Positions 27,219 through 42,975 of a stretch of DNA of 64,000 nucleotides are shown one piece after another. Below the pieces are notes generated by a model. It was not told the DNA's origin and ran no database searches. It was given only the letters and a program-made list of their open reading frames with translations. The stretch's first letter is position 1; every line of letters begins with the position of its first letter. Position numbers and translations under genes: made by a program. The DNA lies in assembly GCA_964016885.1 (NCBI GenBank), contig OZ024742.1:65410001-65474000 (forward strand). The letters run 5' to 3'. The stretch is from Eledone cirrhosa. Taxonomy: Eukaryota.

Positions 27219-27783
27219 GTATGTATGTGTGTATGTATGTGTGTGTGTAGCCAAGTGACACATGAGAAGTAGAGATGGTGTCGGCGGAGCAGAAGATAAA
27301 ATAGAAGGAATGAGAAGAGAGAAAAAGATGGAGAAAAGACAAAGGAAAAGAGAAAGTAACTGTGGATTCCTTTCGAAGAAAAAGGAAAAAAAATAGCAAG
27401 GAAGAGAAGTGTGAGTGGCGAGAGTGCGTGGTGAGAGACTGAGAGAGTGGGGGAGTGAGAGGGGGGGGGGGGGTGAGAGAGTGAGGGATGACAGAATAGA
27501 GAATAGCATGGTGGGTATTGTTTTTAATTAAATACAAAAATTTCGTTTCCTTTTGGTTTCTGGTTTGACACAGTTTTTGTTAGAGGGCAGCACTATTTGT
27601 GTCACATGATGATGATACTTTGTTGAAACGATGACTGTTTTAGAGAGAAAGGAAGAGAGGATGCTCTGATGGGTCTTGTTACTTTTACAGATAGTGCTGT
27701 GGTGTTATGTTGTCACCTGATTGCTCAATATAGCAACAAAATCTCCCACAAACTAACGACATATCTTTAAAATAGGGATCACA

Positions 27784-27852
<69 letters not shown>

Positions 27853-28711
27853 GAGAGAGAGAGAGCTATATAATCAATTGATCTAATTAATGTAGCAATC
27901 AAACTTTTCTCATCTACATCCTGTACTTTGGACCACGTGAAACAATTAAAGGAGCTTCTTTGTAGTAGTTGGATTAACTCAAGGTCATACCGGATTAGGT
28001 TAGGGCGGCGCCTGTAGAATATACTGTAAAGAGACCCTAAAAAAATATATGACATAAATGTTAAAGACTGTATAGTACAATAGCATAGACCACTTATTGC
28101 GGGTTCCCTGAAAATGCGAGTTCCCTGAAAACGCTACTAGGTTAATCCGGCACTGCTTAATGTAGCAACTAAATCTCCACCACAAAAACCCTATTATCTT
28201 TAAAATATGAACCACATATCACAGTTGAAGGAACTTCAATATGGTAGCTATCATCAAACTCCTTGCTGTCTTTAAGATAGGGACAACATGTAGTAATTAA
28301 AGGAACTTCTGTGTAGTCGCTATCACCAAACACCCTACTGTCTTGGCCTACTTTAAGGCCGTATGGGGCAATTGAAGGAGCTTTTATTAAGTCACTCGAA
28401 TTATTCAGTGTTACAGCCAAATAAATATTCTGCAAATATTGAAGGTCAGGCCATGTTGAGAACCCAAATCGAACGTTGTATTAAATATAAATCTCTCTCT
28501 TGGATAGTATGTGAAGCCATTTACAGACAAAATTCATAAATAATATAAATTTTGTTGTATCGCAATTGGTAAACAATAGCATCATAAGTTTACTACATTC
28601 ATTAAGGCGAGAGTGACAAGGGAGTGACTATAATTCGGTGCAGAACAAACACCATAAATGACTTCATTCGAAAAACACAGATTTTTCTGTTTTGTCGTCG
28701 ATATGTATCGA

Positions 28712-28863
<152 letters not shown>

Positions 28864-29231
28864 CACACTTTCTATCTTCCGAAGTCCACCTAGTGTTATT
28901 CAACTTGAGGCTATGATAGGAGAGATTAGTCCAAGATATCTTACAGAAGCATCAGACTAGGATGTACGAAACACAAGGTTCCGAAGTGAACTTCTTAACT
29001 CATATCTGCGGTCATGGGGTTCCTCTTTCAATTAGTAACTAAGTGCATGGTACTTTGAGACGGAGGCTGGAGCGAAGCCTAATAAAGTGTTAAATAAAAA
29101 TGTAGCCAAATCTACATTCCAATCTATTAAAAAGGCCTTCGTGTTTCTAATTTCACAGATAGACGGTTGTTTGTATATTTGTTTATTCAAGTGAACTGTA
29201 TTAAGACAGAACATTATGTACTATTATAAGG

Positions 29232-29411
29232 GCGGTGAATTGGCAGTATCAGTAGAGGGTCAGACATGCTTTCCAGCGTAGTTACGTCCCTTTATGATCT
29301 GAGTTCAAATCCCGCTGAGGTTAACTTTGCCTTTCATCCTTACGGGGTCGATAAAATAACGTACCAGTAATGTACTGGGTAATTGCTGGCCTTGTGTCAA
29401 AAGTAGAAACA
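29232..29411 (+). mobile_element. Young tRNA-derived SINE with 19-bp TSD
   Basis: ATTATGTACTATTATAAGG at 29213-29231 and 29412-29430. Confidence 0.9.
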
Positions 29412-31299
29412 ATTATGTACTATTATAAGGCAAGTTGATATAGGGTTAAACAACATGAACAATTCCCTACCAACGAAGAAACCTGTAGTGGTAACACGAT
29501 TTACCAGAAATAGTAAGAAAGTCTCACTCAAATCACACCAAATCTTTAAAAGGAAGGACTTGGATAATGTAGGCCTAGAAAAACACACAACTAAAGTGCT
29601 ATTGCTACAAATACATCTCCATATAGTACCACTACTACCACATAACACAAAAGCATCACCACTACAGTGTTAATACCTCATTAAACCAACAGCATCATCA
29701 CTGCTACAATAACACATCACCATAATACTATCAAATATAACAATACACAATTATAATGGTCCCACCTCTACTACACTGCCACAATACAACACCACCACTA
29801 CCACATTAACACCTCATTAAACCACCAGCACCGCCACCACTTCCACAATAACACACCACAATGCTACTACTGTCCTCGTAAGACTATTGTTCAGCTCAAA
29901 TATGTGCCAGGTGATGACATTTTAATAACTCCCTCCCTACATTTATAATTCAAGGTGGTGACAAATTCAGCATTGGAGGAATTAGATGACAGACATCTAT
30001 CAACAACCATCTCCAAACACCACCTGGGCATAAGTTTTAGTGTGAACTATGTAAAAGGTTTACAGATGACCTTAGTTTTTCATTCGTTATTTTTGTATGG
30101 AAATAGTTCGTTGACATGATTTTATTTCTTTACCAATTTTAAAGTGCTTGTTACTAAGGGCATTCGTTAGCAAAGGATCTACCGTAAAGATATTGCACAT
30201 TGTGTCATTGAACGTGGTACATAAGTTGTACGTGTAATTTAAAATGCCAGCTTTGTCACACACTGCATTACCCCGAAACTCTCAGAACTAAGTTAAGGGC
30301 GCACATTTCTATGTGTTGCTCAGCTACTTGCACATTCATTTAATGAACATGCAGTTTTATTGTTGTTCCGAACAACTGGAACACGCGCCGTCGTAACCGC
30401 ATTTATGTATTTATGTATGTATGTTTGTGTGTATATATTCAGTCAAGGAAACCCAAATGGATATTCATTGGAATGTCATGCCCATTTTCACTGTACCGCT
30501 AATAGATTGTATTTGGATTTGAAGGATGCGACTCTGTTTGCCTTCTTTCACGGAAAACTCGTTATTTCTATGTTTTTATGGAGTAATTAAATATCCCACT
30601 GCACCTACACTAATAAATACAAGTGAAAATCAAGAGATGTAAGTTCCCTCTGAACTCATCAAAGATGTTTTCTTTTTTCTCAACGTAGACATCAACTGGC
30701 CAGCTGATTACTGTAGCTGTGTATAACTTTTATCCACTGTTCCATACAACTATATCAGGTCTGTTATGTTTGCACCAAACTACTTATTTTCATCAGTAAT
30801 TTTTATTTTGAAAGGTGTTGATACATTCTGTCTCTAGTGTGCCTTTGGTATTACTTCCAGGGCAATCCCTTCTGCAGATAACATTTTAAATAGTTTTCAC
30901 AACTATGTTGTGCCTCAAGGGAAGGTAGTTCTTTGTGAACGTTTTTATGGCAGTTGGTAATGATGTGCGTGATATCTACCACACTGGTGTAACACAATCG
31001 ATATTTTGTAGCAAAAAGTAGATCCTACCAATGTCAATGTAAGATGTTGCGGTTAGTCATGAGGTCCAAGTTGCTGATCTCATCAAGTAGCCGATCTTTT
31101 TTACTACATTATTTTTCTATTCTATTATTAACATCATCACGTAATACTTTTAATCGACTATACCCCGAAATTTATGGCTTTGTGCATATTTAAAAAATAA
31201 TAATTACTATTATTGCATAAATGGTCAGAAAATGTTGCAATCATGTGACAAATTTGCACCACCACCTATTAACAGATCTTCACCACACGTCAACCATTT

Positions 31300-31482
31300 G
31301 GATTGGCAGTATCGGTAGAGAGTCGGACGCCATGCTTTCCAACATAGTTACGTCCCTTTACGATCTGAGTTCAAATCCCGCCGAGGTTGACTTTGCCTTT
31401 CATCCTTACGGGGTCGATAAAATAAAGTACCAGTAATGCACTGGGTAATTGCTGGCCTTGTGCCGAAAGTAGAAACAATTAT
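31300..31482 (+). mobile_element. Young tRNA-derived SINE
   Basis: Same family as 8936-9120. Confidence 0.9.
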
Positions 31483-31784
31483 TAAACTATATATCATCTA
31501 CCGACATTACCACTACGTTACTTGCAATAATGGCAGTAGTGATGTTGTAGCGTTGTAACTGTGATTTGTTGTTGGTATGTTAGGGGTGGCGTTAGTGGTG
31601 TTGTCACTGCCGGTGGTGCAGTATTACAAAAATAGTTGGTTGTGATGCCTCTGTGTTAATGGTGCTGTTGACAACGTTCTGGCAGTGGCCATGTTTTTGT
31701 AATGGTGATAGTGGGGATCTAATAGGGATGTTAATGGTAGAGTTAGTGGTGGTTTTGTTTGTAGTAGTGGTAGTAGTAATAGTG

Positions 31785-31970
31785 TTGTTGTTTAGCCCCA
31801 GGTCAACCCTACTCAGGCAGAGTGACGATGAAAAGCATTTCAGCTATGATCATCCCCTTTTATGTTCAGGAATAGGATATGGTGGACTACATTATGCAAT
31901 GTATCTTTTATTCAGACAGTAGGGCATAGTTTGGGGGAAATTTAGCTGATATTTCTAGCAGGAGACGCAG
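31785..31970 (-). mobile_element. Old dispersed ~200-bp repeat family (SINE-like, (CAA)n tail on minus strand)
   Basis: TTGTTTAGCCCCAGGTCAACCCT...GCTGATATTTCTAGCAGG. Relatives at about 5285-5460, 26581-26692, 29470-29580, 47215-47397, 50497-50713 and 50742-50930. Confidence 0.7.
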
Positions 31971-32449
31971 TCAGGCGTAAATACGCTGTAACTAACGAAA
32001 GAAAGTGAAGGATAAGAAAAAGATGATGATGATGAAGAAGAAAATGAGGCGATGATGAGAATGATGTGGGAAGAATATGGGAAAGCTAGGCAAAACGCAG
32101 TGATGATGATTGACCGAATCGTAGGTAGGGCACCAAACGAAATATCTTGAGTTATGCCGGCAGCAATGTCCTCAGATTAAGTCTCATCAAGTGAAGGACA
32201 CGTTGACTTATTGATATTTTAGGAGTTGGTGAAACAAAATATAAGTCAAGTACCGTGCCTCCCCATCTCCCTACATGGCAATGTTACTATGTAAAATAAT
32301 CATTGTAAATCACACTGTGATGTCAAGTTGAGGAATAGTGAGAGGTAGGAAAAGGTAGGATAGACATACTCACACGCGCACACACACATATTTGAATGAG
32401 TGTATAGACACATACATATATACATATGAATGAGTCTACACAAACACAG

Positions 32450-32485
<36 letters not shown>

Positions 32486-32498
32486 GAGCGTACAAAGA

Positions 32499-32540
<42 letters not shown>

Positions 32541-32629
32541 TATACATACATATACATACACACATATACATACATATACATACACACATATATATATACA
32601 CACACGTATATATACATATATGCTCAGAT

Positions 32630-32663
<34 letters not shown>

Positions 32664-32679
32664 GAGCGTACAAAGACGC

Positions 32680-32710
<31 letters not shown>

Positions 32711-33204
32711 CACACATATACATACATATACATACACACATATACATACATATACATACACACATATATATATATACACACACGTATATATACATATATG
32801 CTCAGATACACACACACACACACATATATATATATACTAAGATACACACACACACACACACATATATATATACTCAGATACACACACACATTATATATAT
32901 ATATATATATTATATACATACACACATAATCTCGTACACACCAAAAGAATCCAGTAACGGCAAGGAGGGGGGGGGGGTTCTAAGAATAACCAAAGGGAGA
33001 GAAAATCTAAATATACCCCACATGAGGGTGAAGGGAGAAAAATTGATGGAGTCGGTTATCACAGTGACGGGTGTAGTTAGATCGGGTATCTCCGTACATA
33101 CTCAGATGGGGAGAACACGGGTATTAATGGAGAGAGTATAAGGGAAAATGAGATAGGGTGAAGGCAGTTGAGAGAAATTGTGGGAGAGAGGGAGAGAAAA
33201 TAAC

Positions 33205-33269
33205 ATGTATGTATGTATGTATGTATGTATGTATGTATGTATGTATGTATGTATGTATGTATGTATGTA

Positions 33270-33300
<31 letters not shown>

Positions 33301-33488
33301 ATGTATGTATGTATGTATGTATGTATGTATGTATGCATGCATGTATGCATGCATGTATGTATGTATGTATGTATGTGTGTATGTATGTATGTATGTATGT
33401 ATGTATGTGTGTGTGTGTATGTATGTATGTATGTATGTAATTATATTCTTGTGTGAGCGTATACATATATATATGTATATACATGCAT

Positions 33489-33543
<55 letters not shown>

Positions 33544-34380
33544 CGTACATACACATATATACATGCATACACATACATATATATATATTTACATATACAT
33601 ACATATATATATATATATATATACACATACATACATACACACACACATACATACATATATATATATATAAATATACATACATATATATATATATATACAC
33701 ATACATACATACACACACACATACATACATATATATATATATAAATATACATACATATATATACATATATATATACATATACATACATATATATATATAT
33801 ATATACATATACATACATATATATATATATATACATATACATACATATATATATACATATACATACATATATATATATATATATATACATACATATACAT
33901 ATACATAGACATATACATACATATATATATATATATATACATATACATACATATATATATATATACATATACATACATATATATATATATACATATACAT
34001 ACATACATATATATATATATATACATACATACATATACATATACATACATACATATATATACATATACATACATACGTATATATATATATACATATACAT
34101 ACATACATATATATATATACATATACATACATACATATATATATATACATATACATACATACATATATATACATATACATATACATACATACATATATAT
34201 ATACATATACATACATACATACATATACATATATATATACATACATATACATATATATATACATACATATACATATATATATACATACATATATATAAAT
34301 ATATACATATACATACATATATATACACATACATACATACATACATATACATACATACATATACACACGTACATATATAG
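33205..34380. repeat. Compound (ATGT)n/(TA)n/(TACA)n microsatellite field
   Basis: Direct reading. Confidence 0.95.
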
Positions 34381-34568
34381 ATTTATATATATGTATATAA
34401 ATGAATATATCTATGTATATTATATATGTGCTTATATAAGTATATATATATGTATACGTATATATAATATAATTATATATATATCAGAATGGAGGCGGTA
34501 AAAAACTAATTAGACCATCACTCACCAGAGTACTCGATACTTGAGGTAGTAGAGTGGGTAATGTGAAC

Positions 34569-34659
<91 letters not shown>

Positions 34660-34795
34660 GATGGATTCAGTTCGAAACTGGTTTGGCCATTACTCAACAG
34701 AGTACGCGATACTTGGGGTAGTAGAGTATGATTATACTATAGTCAGGGACCCGACGGCTGAGCTCTTGCCGTTTCATATATATATACACATATAT

Positions 34796-34829
<34 letters not shown>

Positions 34830-35036
34830 CAGACCTGCCAACCTCAAAAAGGTCAAACGAAGAGTACCATGGAGAGTACCGGGGAGAAAAGTGCCCCCAA
34901 ATGGGGAGTAATGAGGCAAAATGAGGAGATTTACATAATAATATCTATACCCATTTTTACAAGAGAAAGACATCTCTCGCCCACCCCAAAGTGGATGGGA
35001 TATCTCCCCGCCTGACGGGGAGAGTTGACAGGTCTG
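34830..35036. mobile_element. MITE, 6-bp TSD family (copy 2)
   Basis: TIRs CAGACCTGCCAAC / GTTGACAGGTCTG; flanks GTGTAC / GTATAT. Confidence 0.85.
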
Positions 35037-35140
35037 GTATATATAGGTATGAATCCATCCTGATTTATATAAATATATAATTATATACATATATATATAT
35101 ATACTTGTATGTATGTATGTATTATGTATGTATGTATGGA

Positions 35141-35290
35141 TGTCAATAATTGTCACAAGTGTAGTGTTTGTACCAGAGTTTTCAAGTCGCTGGCTGGACT
35201 AAAAAGTCACACTCGTTGAGCGCATCGGTAGGGGTTCTCCTACATGGATATAAAGTAGTGGCCGTACTCGAAAACGAGTTGGCAGCCACC
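35141..35290 (+). mobile_element. RTE-like 3' end with C2H2 remnant and (ATGT)n tail
   Basis: [25 protein letters not shown]; near-identical to 11782-11930 in reverse orientation. Confidence 0.7.
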
Positions 35291-35309
35291 ATGTATGTAT
35301 GTATATATG

Positions 35310-35815
35310 TATGTTATCTCTTTCTCTTAATTTCGAGTATATTTTTTGACCGGTCACCTTCCTGGTGGCAAGGTTGTAAAAGAAAAGAAATTGTCATCCC
35401 TTGAATCGCAAGAATGTTTTGCAAACTTTGAAGGTGCCAGCTATCGCAGCCATTTGGAGACTATGAATTAGGGAGCTCTTTGTCCAAAAATCCAAGTTCA
35501 GTTATACATTGGTCCAAGCGGGTTGGTATATAACCCGTAGCTCCAATAATGATGGGTATGAAGCTAAAGGTGTATCTTGGATAGTGGATTTGTAAACTCC
35601 TCATCAATGGTCCGTAGATGTCCTCCTTCTCCTGTATTTTTCTGACAACGTTTACATCAAGTGGGCAGCTGATCTCCACACAGAACACGTTTTCAATGTG
35701 TGGTCCCAAACAACAATATCAGGCCGGTTGTGCTTTAATTTGGTGGCAGTTTTTATTTTCAGGTTCCACCAGTATTCCTTAGTGCCATCTGTCTCAATAT
35801 ATTCTTCCTCGTTTG
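35310..35815 (-). mobile_element. R4/Dong-like retrotransposon fragment (restriction-like endonuclease)
   Basis: EYWWNLKIKTATKLKHNRPDIVVWD...VEISCP...K..IY...IPIIIGATG: PD-(D/E)xK motif. Confidence 0.85.
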
Positions 35816-36147
35816 TTATATGTATATATTTAAACGGCCCATGGCTTTGTGGTTAGAGCGTTGGGCTTGCAATTAAGAAGTTGTGAATTCGATTCGTTGT
35901 GACCTTGAGTAAGACACTTTATTTCACTTTACTCCAGTTCACTCAGCTGTAGAAAAGAGTTGCAACGTCACTGGTACCAAGCTGTATCGGCCATTGCCTT
36001 TCCCTTGGACAACACCGGTGGCGTGAAGAGGGGAGACTGGTATGCATGGGCGACTGCTGGTCTTTCACAAACAAACCTTGCCCAGGCTTGGGCCTCGGAG
36101 GGAAACTTTCTTGGTGCAAAACCATGGTCATTAGTGAGCGATGGGGG

Positions 36148-36239
<92 letters not shown>

Positions 36240-36249
36240 GAGGTTATAT

Positions 36250-36699
<450 letters not shown>

Positions 36700-36869
36700 G
36701 GCTGTTAGAATTGCCGGCGGTGCGTTGTCCTTGAGTAAGATACTTTATTTTGCTCGAGTTCACCTTTTCATACACTGTGTCATACTGAATCTCCCCGAGA
36801 ACTAAATGAAAGGAACGCTTGTCTATGTAATGCTCAGTCATTTGGACATTAATTTCATGGTTAAATGCC

Positions 36870-37630
36870 CAAGATACGGTGAATGTTCCGATGGCTCACC
36901 TACGACTCCACCAGGAGTTCAAGGCCCATACAACCACTTGTATGTATTCTACACTGCGGTTGTTGACAGCAAATGAATCGCCTGAGCAGTTGAACGCCTT
37001 ACTGAAGCAGGTGCTCCAGTCCTGTAAACTGGTGGAAAGCACGGCAATTAGGCTGTAATAAATGATGTAAGTATTCGCCACCTTTGTTAACCAGTTCAGG
37101 GACAGCTTCCTCTCGGTGAGATTGGTCACCTAGCTCGTCACCTCTTGTCCACCTGAAACATTTGGGCCAAACTAGACTTCTAGCCCGTCTGACCAGCGCC
37201 CCACAACACTTACACAGCATGAACCTGCCTGTCTAAGTACTGAAATGTAGCCTCACTGACTTTTACTGGTTAATTTTCGCTCATGTCACTGTCTCCTGTT
37301 ATCCTAGAGCGGTGACGATCATCTTGATCTGCTTGGTGTTCAACAGTACTAGAGTGACACCGTTCACATTGTCGACATACATCATCTACATCCTAGTTCG
37401 TGCGGGATGTCCTTCTACGTGACTAGTTTCTGCAGTAGTGGTTCTAGAGTGAGTACGTAAAAAAAATGACGAGAGGGAACAATCTTGATGAACCGAGCGC
37501 ATGACACTTAAGAGTTCCGATAGGTGGCCATTTATTCTGACCACCGAGCAGAAGTCGCTGTACAACACAGCATTGCATTCACTGAAGATGGGACCGAAAC
37601 TGACTGCCGTGAAGAGAACCGCCACGTATA
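36870..37630 (-). mobile_element. Decayed Tx1-like RT fragment
   Basis: RSVHQDCSLS, degenerate YADD (YVDN), RKLSL...KVANTYI..YY; homologous to about 59900-60700. Confidence 0.8.
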
Positions 37631-38261
37631 TATTCTATAGGTCGCTTACATAATACTGGAACATTATCTATAGATGGACTGAGGCCCAAGCAAATGAGAT
37701 TCAGTGGCGTTTATTGTTTTCTCAAGATCACCAAGAATTTCCAAACGTTTTAGGCCATCGACCCCTTCATGGAATCCTTGACCCCTAATCGACCTCAGAC
37801 ATGTACAAAAATAAAGTAAATAAATCAGTATACTGAATATAAAATAAATAATGACTAATTATATATAAATCAGTAACTTGTATAAACGCGTTGTGTTGTA
37901 TTATTTTATGTATTATTTTATGTATTTTCATTTTTCATACAAATTGTCAGTTTTTTTGGCCTTAAAGTTCAATCAACCTCTTATGTAGTCCCAACGATCT
38001 ATGGGGTCGGGTCGTTATCGATCACATTAAGGACCCGTGGTGTAAATGATTTGTAGCTAAGACAGAATACACACACACACATACACACGTATATATATAT
38101 GGAGTATCTACGGTGGGAATACTGGGAAGACCACACATCTCCCCAGCACAGCACCTTATTTGCATACTGACCAAACTACAGAGAAATCAAAGCGATCATT
38201 ACCATTGAAAATACCTGAAGAATTCGTATGTAACGATTGGGTTCATCGTTGGGATCCTATC

Positions 38262-38346
<85 letters not shown>

Positions 38347-39472
38347 TACATAGATTCATACATACATACGTACATAAATAAATATTAATGTGCAACAGGG
38401 TAGATATGACGTTAGCTAGGTGTCTGTGATTTTAAGTAGGTACTTTCTGTTGTATATACCAGAGACGCAATTTAGTTCAAGAGTCTGAATCCACTGATCT
38501 GCAGGAGCGAGACGACCGGAGGTTGTTTAGTGACATACCAGAACCGTATAAAACCAAATATATATATAGCTAGCCACCTAGGCCTGTTGACTTGATTGTA
38601 GGCGGTTTGTTTTACTCATGGTTACACATTAATCACTACCACACTGTAGTACCTATTTATAGCTAGGTGTTAGGTGGACCAGACTGTTGATAGATAAGGG
38701 TCTTGGTCGTAGTCATAGTAAAGTGAACTATAGCACACTGATACCTTTTCATAGCAAGGTGGACAGTTGTGTATCTTGGACATGGACACAGCGCAGACAT
38801 GTATACCACACTATGATAGTTACTTGGGACTAGTTAGACAAGATTCAACGAGAAACCATCACCGAAGAATGTATGTAGTGGCTAACAGTAACAGCACAAA
38901 CCAGTCGATAAAAGGTTTTCACTCATCACCCACCGTTCGTCGAATGTGCCTCACCGACGTGCAGAACTCAGAGGCGTACGCCGCCTCAAGGTCCCAGCGG
39001 ACAGAACAGTGAAAACGTTATTCCCGGAGCTTAGCGAAGGAGACGCGTTGAAACCGCCATTCCAAACGGAGTGGCTCACCGGTGGGTAATTTTGTCCCGA
39101 TAAGAATGAGTAGGGAGGTTGTTCGGGGATCAATAAGACCCCAAACCTCTGCCGCTATATGTTCAACGACCGGAGGGAACTACATGACACTATGGTAGCT
39201 ATTTATTGCTTAGTGGACTGGGCTGACAACTTATAGTTATCTCTTAAGTAGTTCTTAATTTCCTGTGCAACATTCCAAAACGGACCAAACCGCTGTATCA
39301 TACACAAATCTCAGAACACAGGACGATTTGGCGTTTGGTTATAAAATGAGGGATATGAAAATAGGATGAAGAATAGTGTCAGAAGTTGAAGCATTGTGAA
39401 ACGCAAGAGGAGTAAATAATAGCATGTATGGGGCAAAACCTGACACACAAGAGTTTGGTAGGGTCATATAAC

Positions 39473-39654
39473 TGTTTCTACTTTTGGCACAAGGCCATCA
39501 ATTATCCCAGTGCATTACTGGTACTTTATTTTATCGACCTCGTAAGGATGAAAGGCAAAGTCAACCTCGGCGGGATTTGAACTCAGATCGTAAAGGGACG
39601 TAACTATGCTGGAAAGCATGGTGTCTGACCCTCTACCGATACTGCCAATCCACC
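39473..39654 (-). mobile_element. Young tRNA-derived SINE with 16-bp TSD
   Basis: GGTAGGGTCATATAAC at 39457-39472 and 39655-39670. Confidence 0.9.
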
Positions 39655-39697
39655 GGTAGGGTCATATAACAGTGTCAAGAAATGTGTATAATGTGTG

Positions 39698-39856
<159 letters not shown>

Positions 39857-40635
39857 TAGAAATAAATAGAGTAACGATGAAATGAATCACTAGCTTAAAA
39901 GAATGAACCAGATTTTCAAAGTATCATGTTTATTGAGCACATGCTTTGCGGAATAGAGTGACGGCCCTTTACGTTGTGAGTTCAAAATGTTAGCTTTGCC
40001 TTTCATCCTTACGGAGTCGATAAAATAATGTACCAGTAAAGCACTGGTGTCGATTTAATCAACTTTCGTTTCTCCCCAAATTGCTGGCCTTGTGCATATA
40101 GTAGAAAATATATATATGTGTGTGGGTAAATACATTCGCATTCATGAATACTTGTATTTCATTACAGCTGTGAAGCAATACCAGATACTCTAGGGACTGG
40201 AATTTCATGCTTTTATGGGCGTGTATATATGTATTTTTACACTTCTAAATATATATATTAAAATATGAGGAATTATAAACTTCCTTGTTCAATCTTTAAA
40301 TAAATTCATATTACGAATAGAAATATCGTCTCTAGGTTCACTGAACAGAGAAAACAGAGCTCTTCCTTCTTTATAGTAATTTTCACCTCTATTTCACGTA
40401 TATCACCAATATACCACGTGTTCCATACTAGGACATTTGTAAATTTCAGTACAAAAGCAAAGGACACTGTGTATTGGCATCACCACCGCCACCACCAGGT
40501 TATATACAGTTGTTTTCTTGTGGTGGTGTGAGTGTAAGTGAGATTGAAGCGAAGGTGTCACGGCGAGAGGAGATAAAAATCTAATTTTTATAAATATTTT
40601 AACAGAGAATCGAAAGCAGCTTTTTGAGTAAGGGG

Positions 40636-40703
<68 letters not shown>

Positions 40704-40867
40704 CGAAGGAAATGTGGTAAGGAACCAAGTGGACCATAACGCACCAAAGTACTCAATACTTAGGGTAGTAGAGTGGGTAATAGGAACGAGTAGGACCCAC
40801 TATGCTCCTACCCATGCATAGAGTACTAAACCGATTTGTAGTTTCCTCGGTCTGGCCATCTCGAAAC

Positions 40868-40929
<62 letters not shown>

Positions 40930-40931
<2 letters not shown>

Positions 40932-41152
40932 CGAAAAGTCAGTGATACATCTGGACTCAGAGATCTAGAATCAGACAGATCCACACAATGATCGTGTCTC
41001 GAGCTGTCTGCCGGCGAAACAATTGTAACACACAATAAATTGAGTCCAGATGCATCACTGACTTTTCGTTTTATATTATATCACACTCTGCTCTGTAAGA
41101 ACATAGAGTGCTCAACTGGCATACCGCCTATGGAAGCATCATAGCTACCATT
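40930..41152 (+). mobile_element. Penelope-type terminal fragment with 30-bp inverted arms and hammerhead 3' half
   Basis: AACGAAAAGTCAGTGATACATCTGGACTCA / TGAGTCCAGATGCATCACTGACTTTTCGTT enclosing GAAA-CAATTG-TA. Related to about 15880-16000 (minus), which retains CTGAGGA. Confidence 0.65.
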
Positions 41153-41261
<109 letters not shown>

Positions 41262-41275
41262 TATATATATATATA

Positions 41276-42121
41276 CTAGCAGTGGTACCCGGCGTTGCAC
41301 GTGATAAGGTATTTGGGAACGTGGGTCGCCAACAGAACTAACCGTGGAAAAACTGCATGCCTGGACAATATGTAAAGAAAATAAACCCAATACTCTGATG
41401 GCTGGATAATCTTTAAGATTTTCCTCGATGAAGCAGGAAAAATTCAGGTTTTCACCTAATGCGGGTCCTAGGGGATCAAGAAAATAATATTTTTTTTATA
41501 TGCATAATATTCCTTGAAATTTTGGGAAAATCGACTAGACGTAACGCCTCCAAAAAGCCCTAGGCCATAAAATGGTTGGATTTTCTTTGCTCACGGTATG
41601 AAGAAGAGACTGACTAATACATAGTTACAATTTCAAGGAAATCGGTCTGACGTAAAGCCTAAAAAAAAAAACTAAAAAGCCTAAAATGCGGGCTCTAGGA
41701 GATCAAAAAGTTGAATAACACTCCCTGAAACATAAGTAATACACATGTAAAGTTTGAAAAAAATCGGTTGGGTACTTCTCGAGTTTTAGGGATTCAAACT
41801 CACAGACACACACACACAGACATCCTCAGGGAAGTGACATAATGCAGACAGCCAGACATACAGACAGATATTATAAGGGCGCAACGTTATATGTATGTAT
41901 CTAAAAAGAGAAAGACTAAGAATTATAGAGAGAGATCGCTAAATCGCCTAATGCGGTCCCTAGGGCATTGAAAATTTGAATTTTTGCTCAGAACACTCCC
42001 CGAAACATAAGTATTACATGTGTAAAGTTTGAAAACAGTCGGTTAGGTAGTTCTCGAGCTTTATGGATTTAAACTCACACACACACACAGACAGACATCC
42101 TCAGTTATATATATATATAGA
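41276..42121 (-). mobile_element. Non-autonomous Helitron
   Basis: Minus strand begins TC, ends CTAG after a subterminal hairpin remnant (GCAACGCCGGG), and sits in an A|T target with no TSD. Internal direct repeats (about 41715-41830 / 41990-42104). Confidence 0.8.
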
Positions 42122-42269
42122 TATAGGATCTCGATGTAAATAGGAAGGCAACCACTGTCAAAAAAGTTATTCAATACATTAGTAGAGGATAGGTATATTC
42201 ATTTTATTACAGAAATGTCTTCCACATCAGGAAAGACTTACGAATGAAACAGTTCTAGCCCTGTAGAAG

Positions 42270-42358
<89 letters not shown>

Positions 42359-42361
<3 letters not shown>

Positions 42362-42535
42362 CGAAGGAGTTGTGGTAAGGAACCAGATGGACCATAACGA
42401 ACCAGAGTACACGATGTTTAAGGTAGTAGAGTGGGTAATAGGAGAAAGTATGAACCCGACGGCAGAGCTCAAGCTGTTTCGACGGCTATTTCTGGTACGT
42501 TATGGTCCATCTGGTTCCTTACCACACTTCCTTCG

Positions 42536-42538
<3 letters not shown>
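42359..42538. mobile_element. Penelope-type palindromic mini-element (relative of 8047-8468)
   Basis: Arms 42359-42406 / 42491-42538; hammerhead 3' half on minus; (TA)n both sides. Other copies at about 34490-34565, 34655-34775, 40701-40785, 43411-43591, 51470-51576 and 52153-52332. Confidence 0.8.
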
Positions 42539-42608
<70 letters not shown>

Positions 42609-42614
42609 CTAGTC

Positions 42615-42745
42615 TATTTAGGCTGATCCAGGAGCTTATTACAACTGGAGATTTCCCGACATGTGATCGGTTCCTCAGACTAGCAAGGAAACGCTCACAT
42701 GTCGGGGAAACTCCTGAGTAACTTGCTACTGGATCAGCCTAAATA
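42615..42745. mobile_element. Imperfect palindrome with two complementary-defective hammerheads
   Basis: The minus arm has CTGAGGA-a-CCGA..TCGG-GAAA. The plus arm has TAGCAAG...GAAA-CTC-ct-GAG-TA-ACTTGCTA but lacks CTGA. Confidence 0.6.
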
Positions 42746-42802
42746 AACCACATCACTATTATGATACTGTGTACATAAACGTGTATGTATGCATGCATTA
42801 TG

Positions 42803-42975
42803 TATCGGTAGAGAGTCGGACACCATGCTTTGAAGCATAGAGTTACGTCCCTTTATGATCTGAGTTCAAATCCCGCCGAGGTTAACTTTGCCTTTCATCC
42901 TTACAGGGTCGATAAAATAAAGTACCAGTAATGTACTGGAATAATTGCTGGCCTTGTGCCAATAGTAGAAACAAT
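42803..42975 (+). mobile_element. Young tRNA-derived SINE (5'-trimmed)
   Basis: Family consensus; ATTATGTAT at both ends. Other copies at 39935-40107 and 56630-56830. Confidence 0.85.

Noticed and set aside
38900-39170. GC-richer unique block with short ORFs
   Set aside because: No recognisable motif or convincing splice-site pair.
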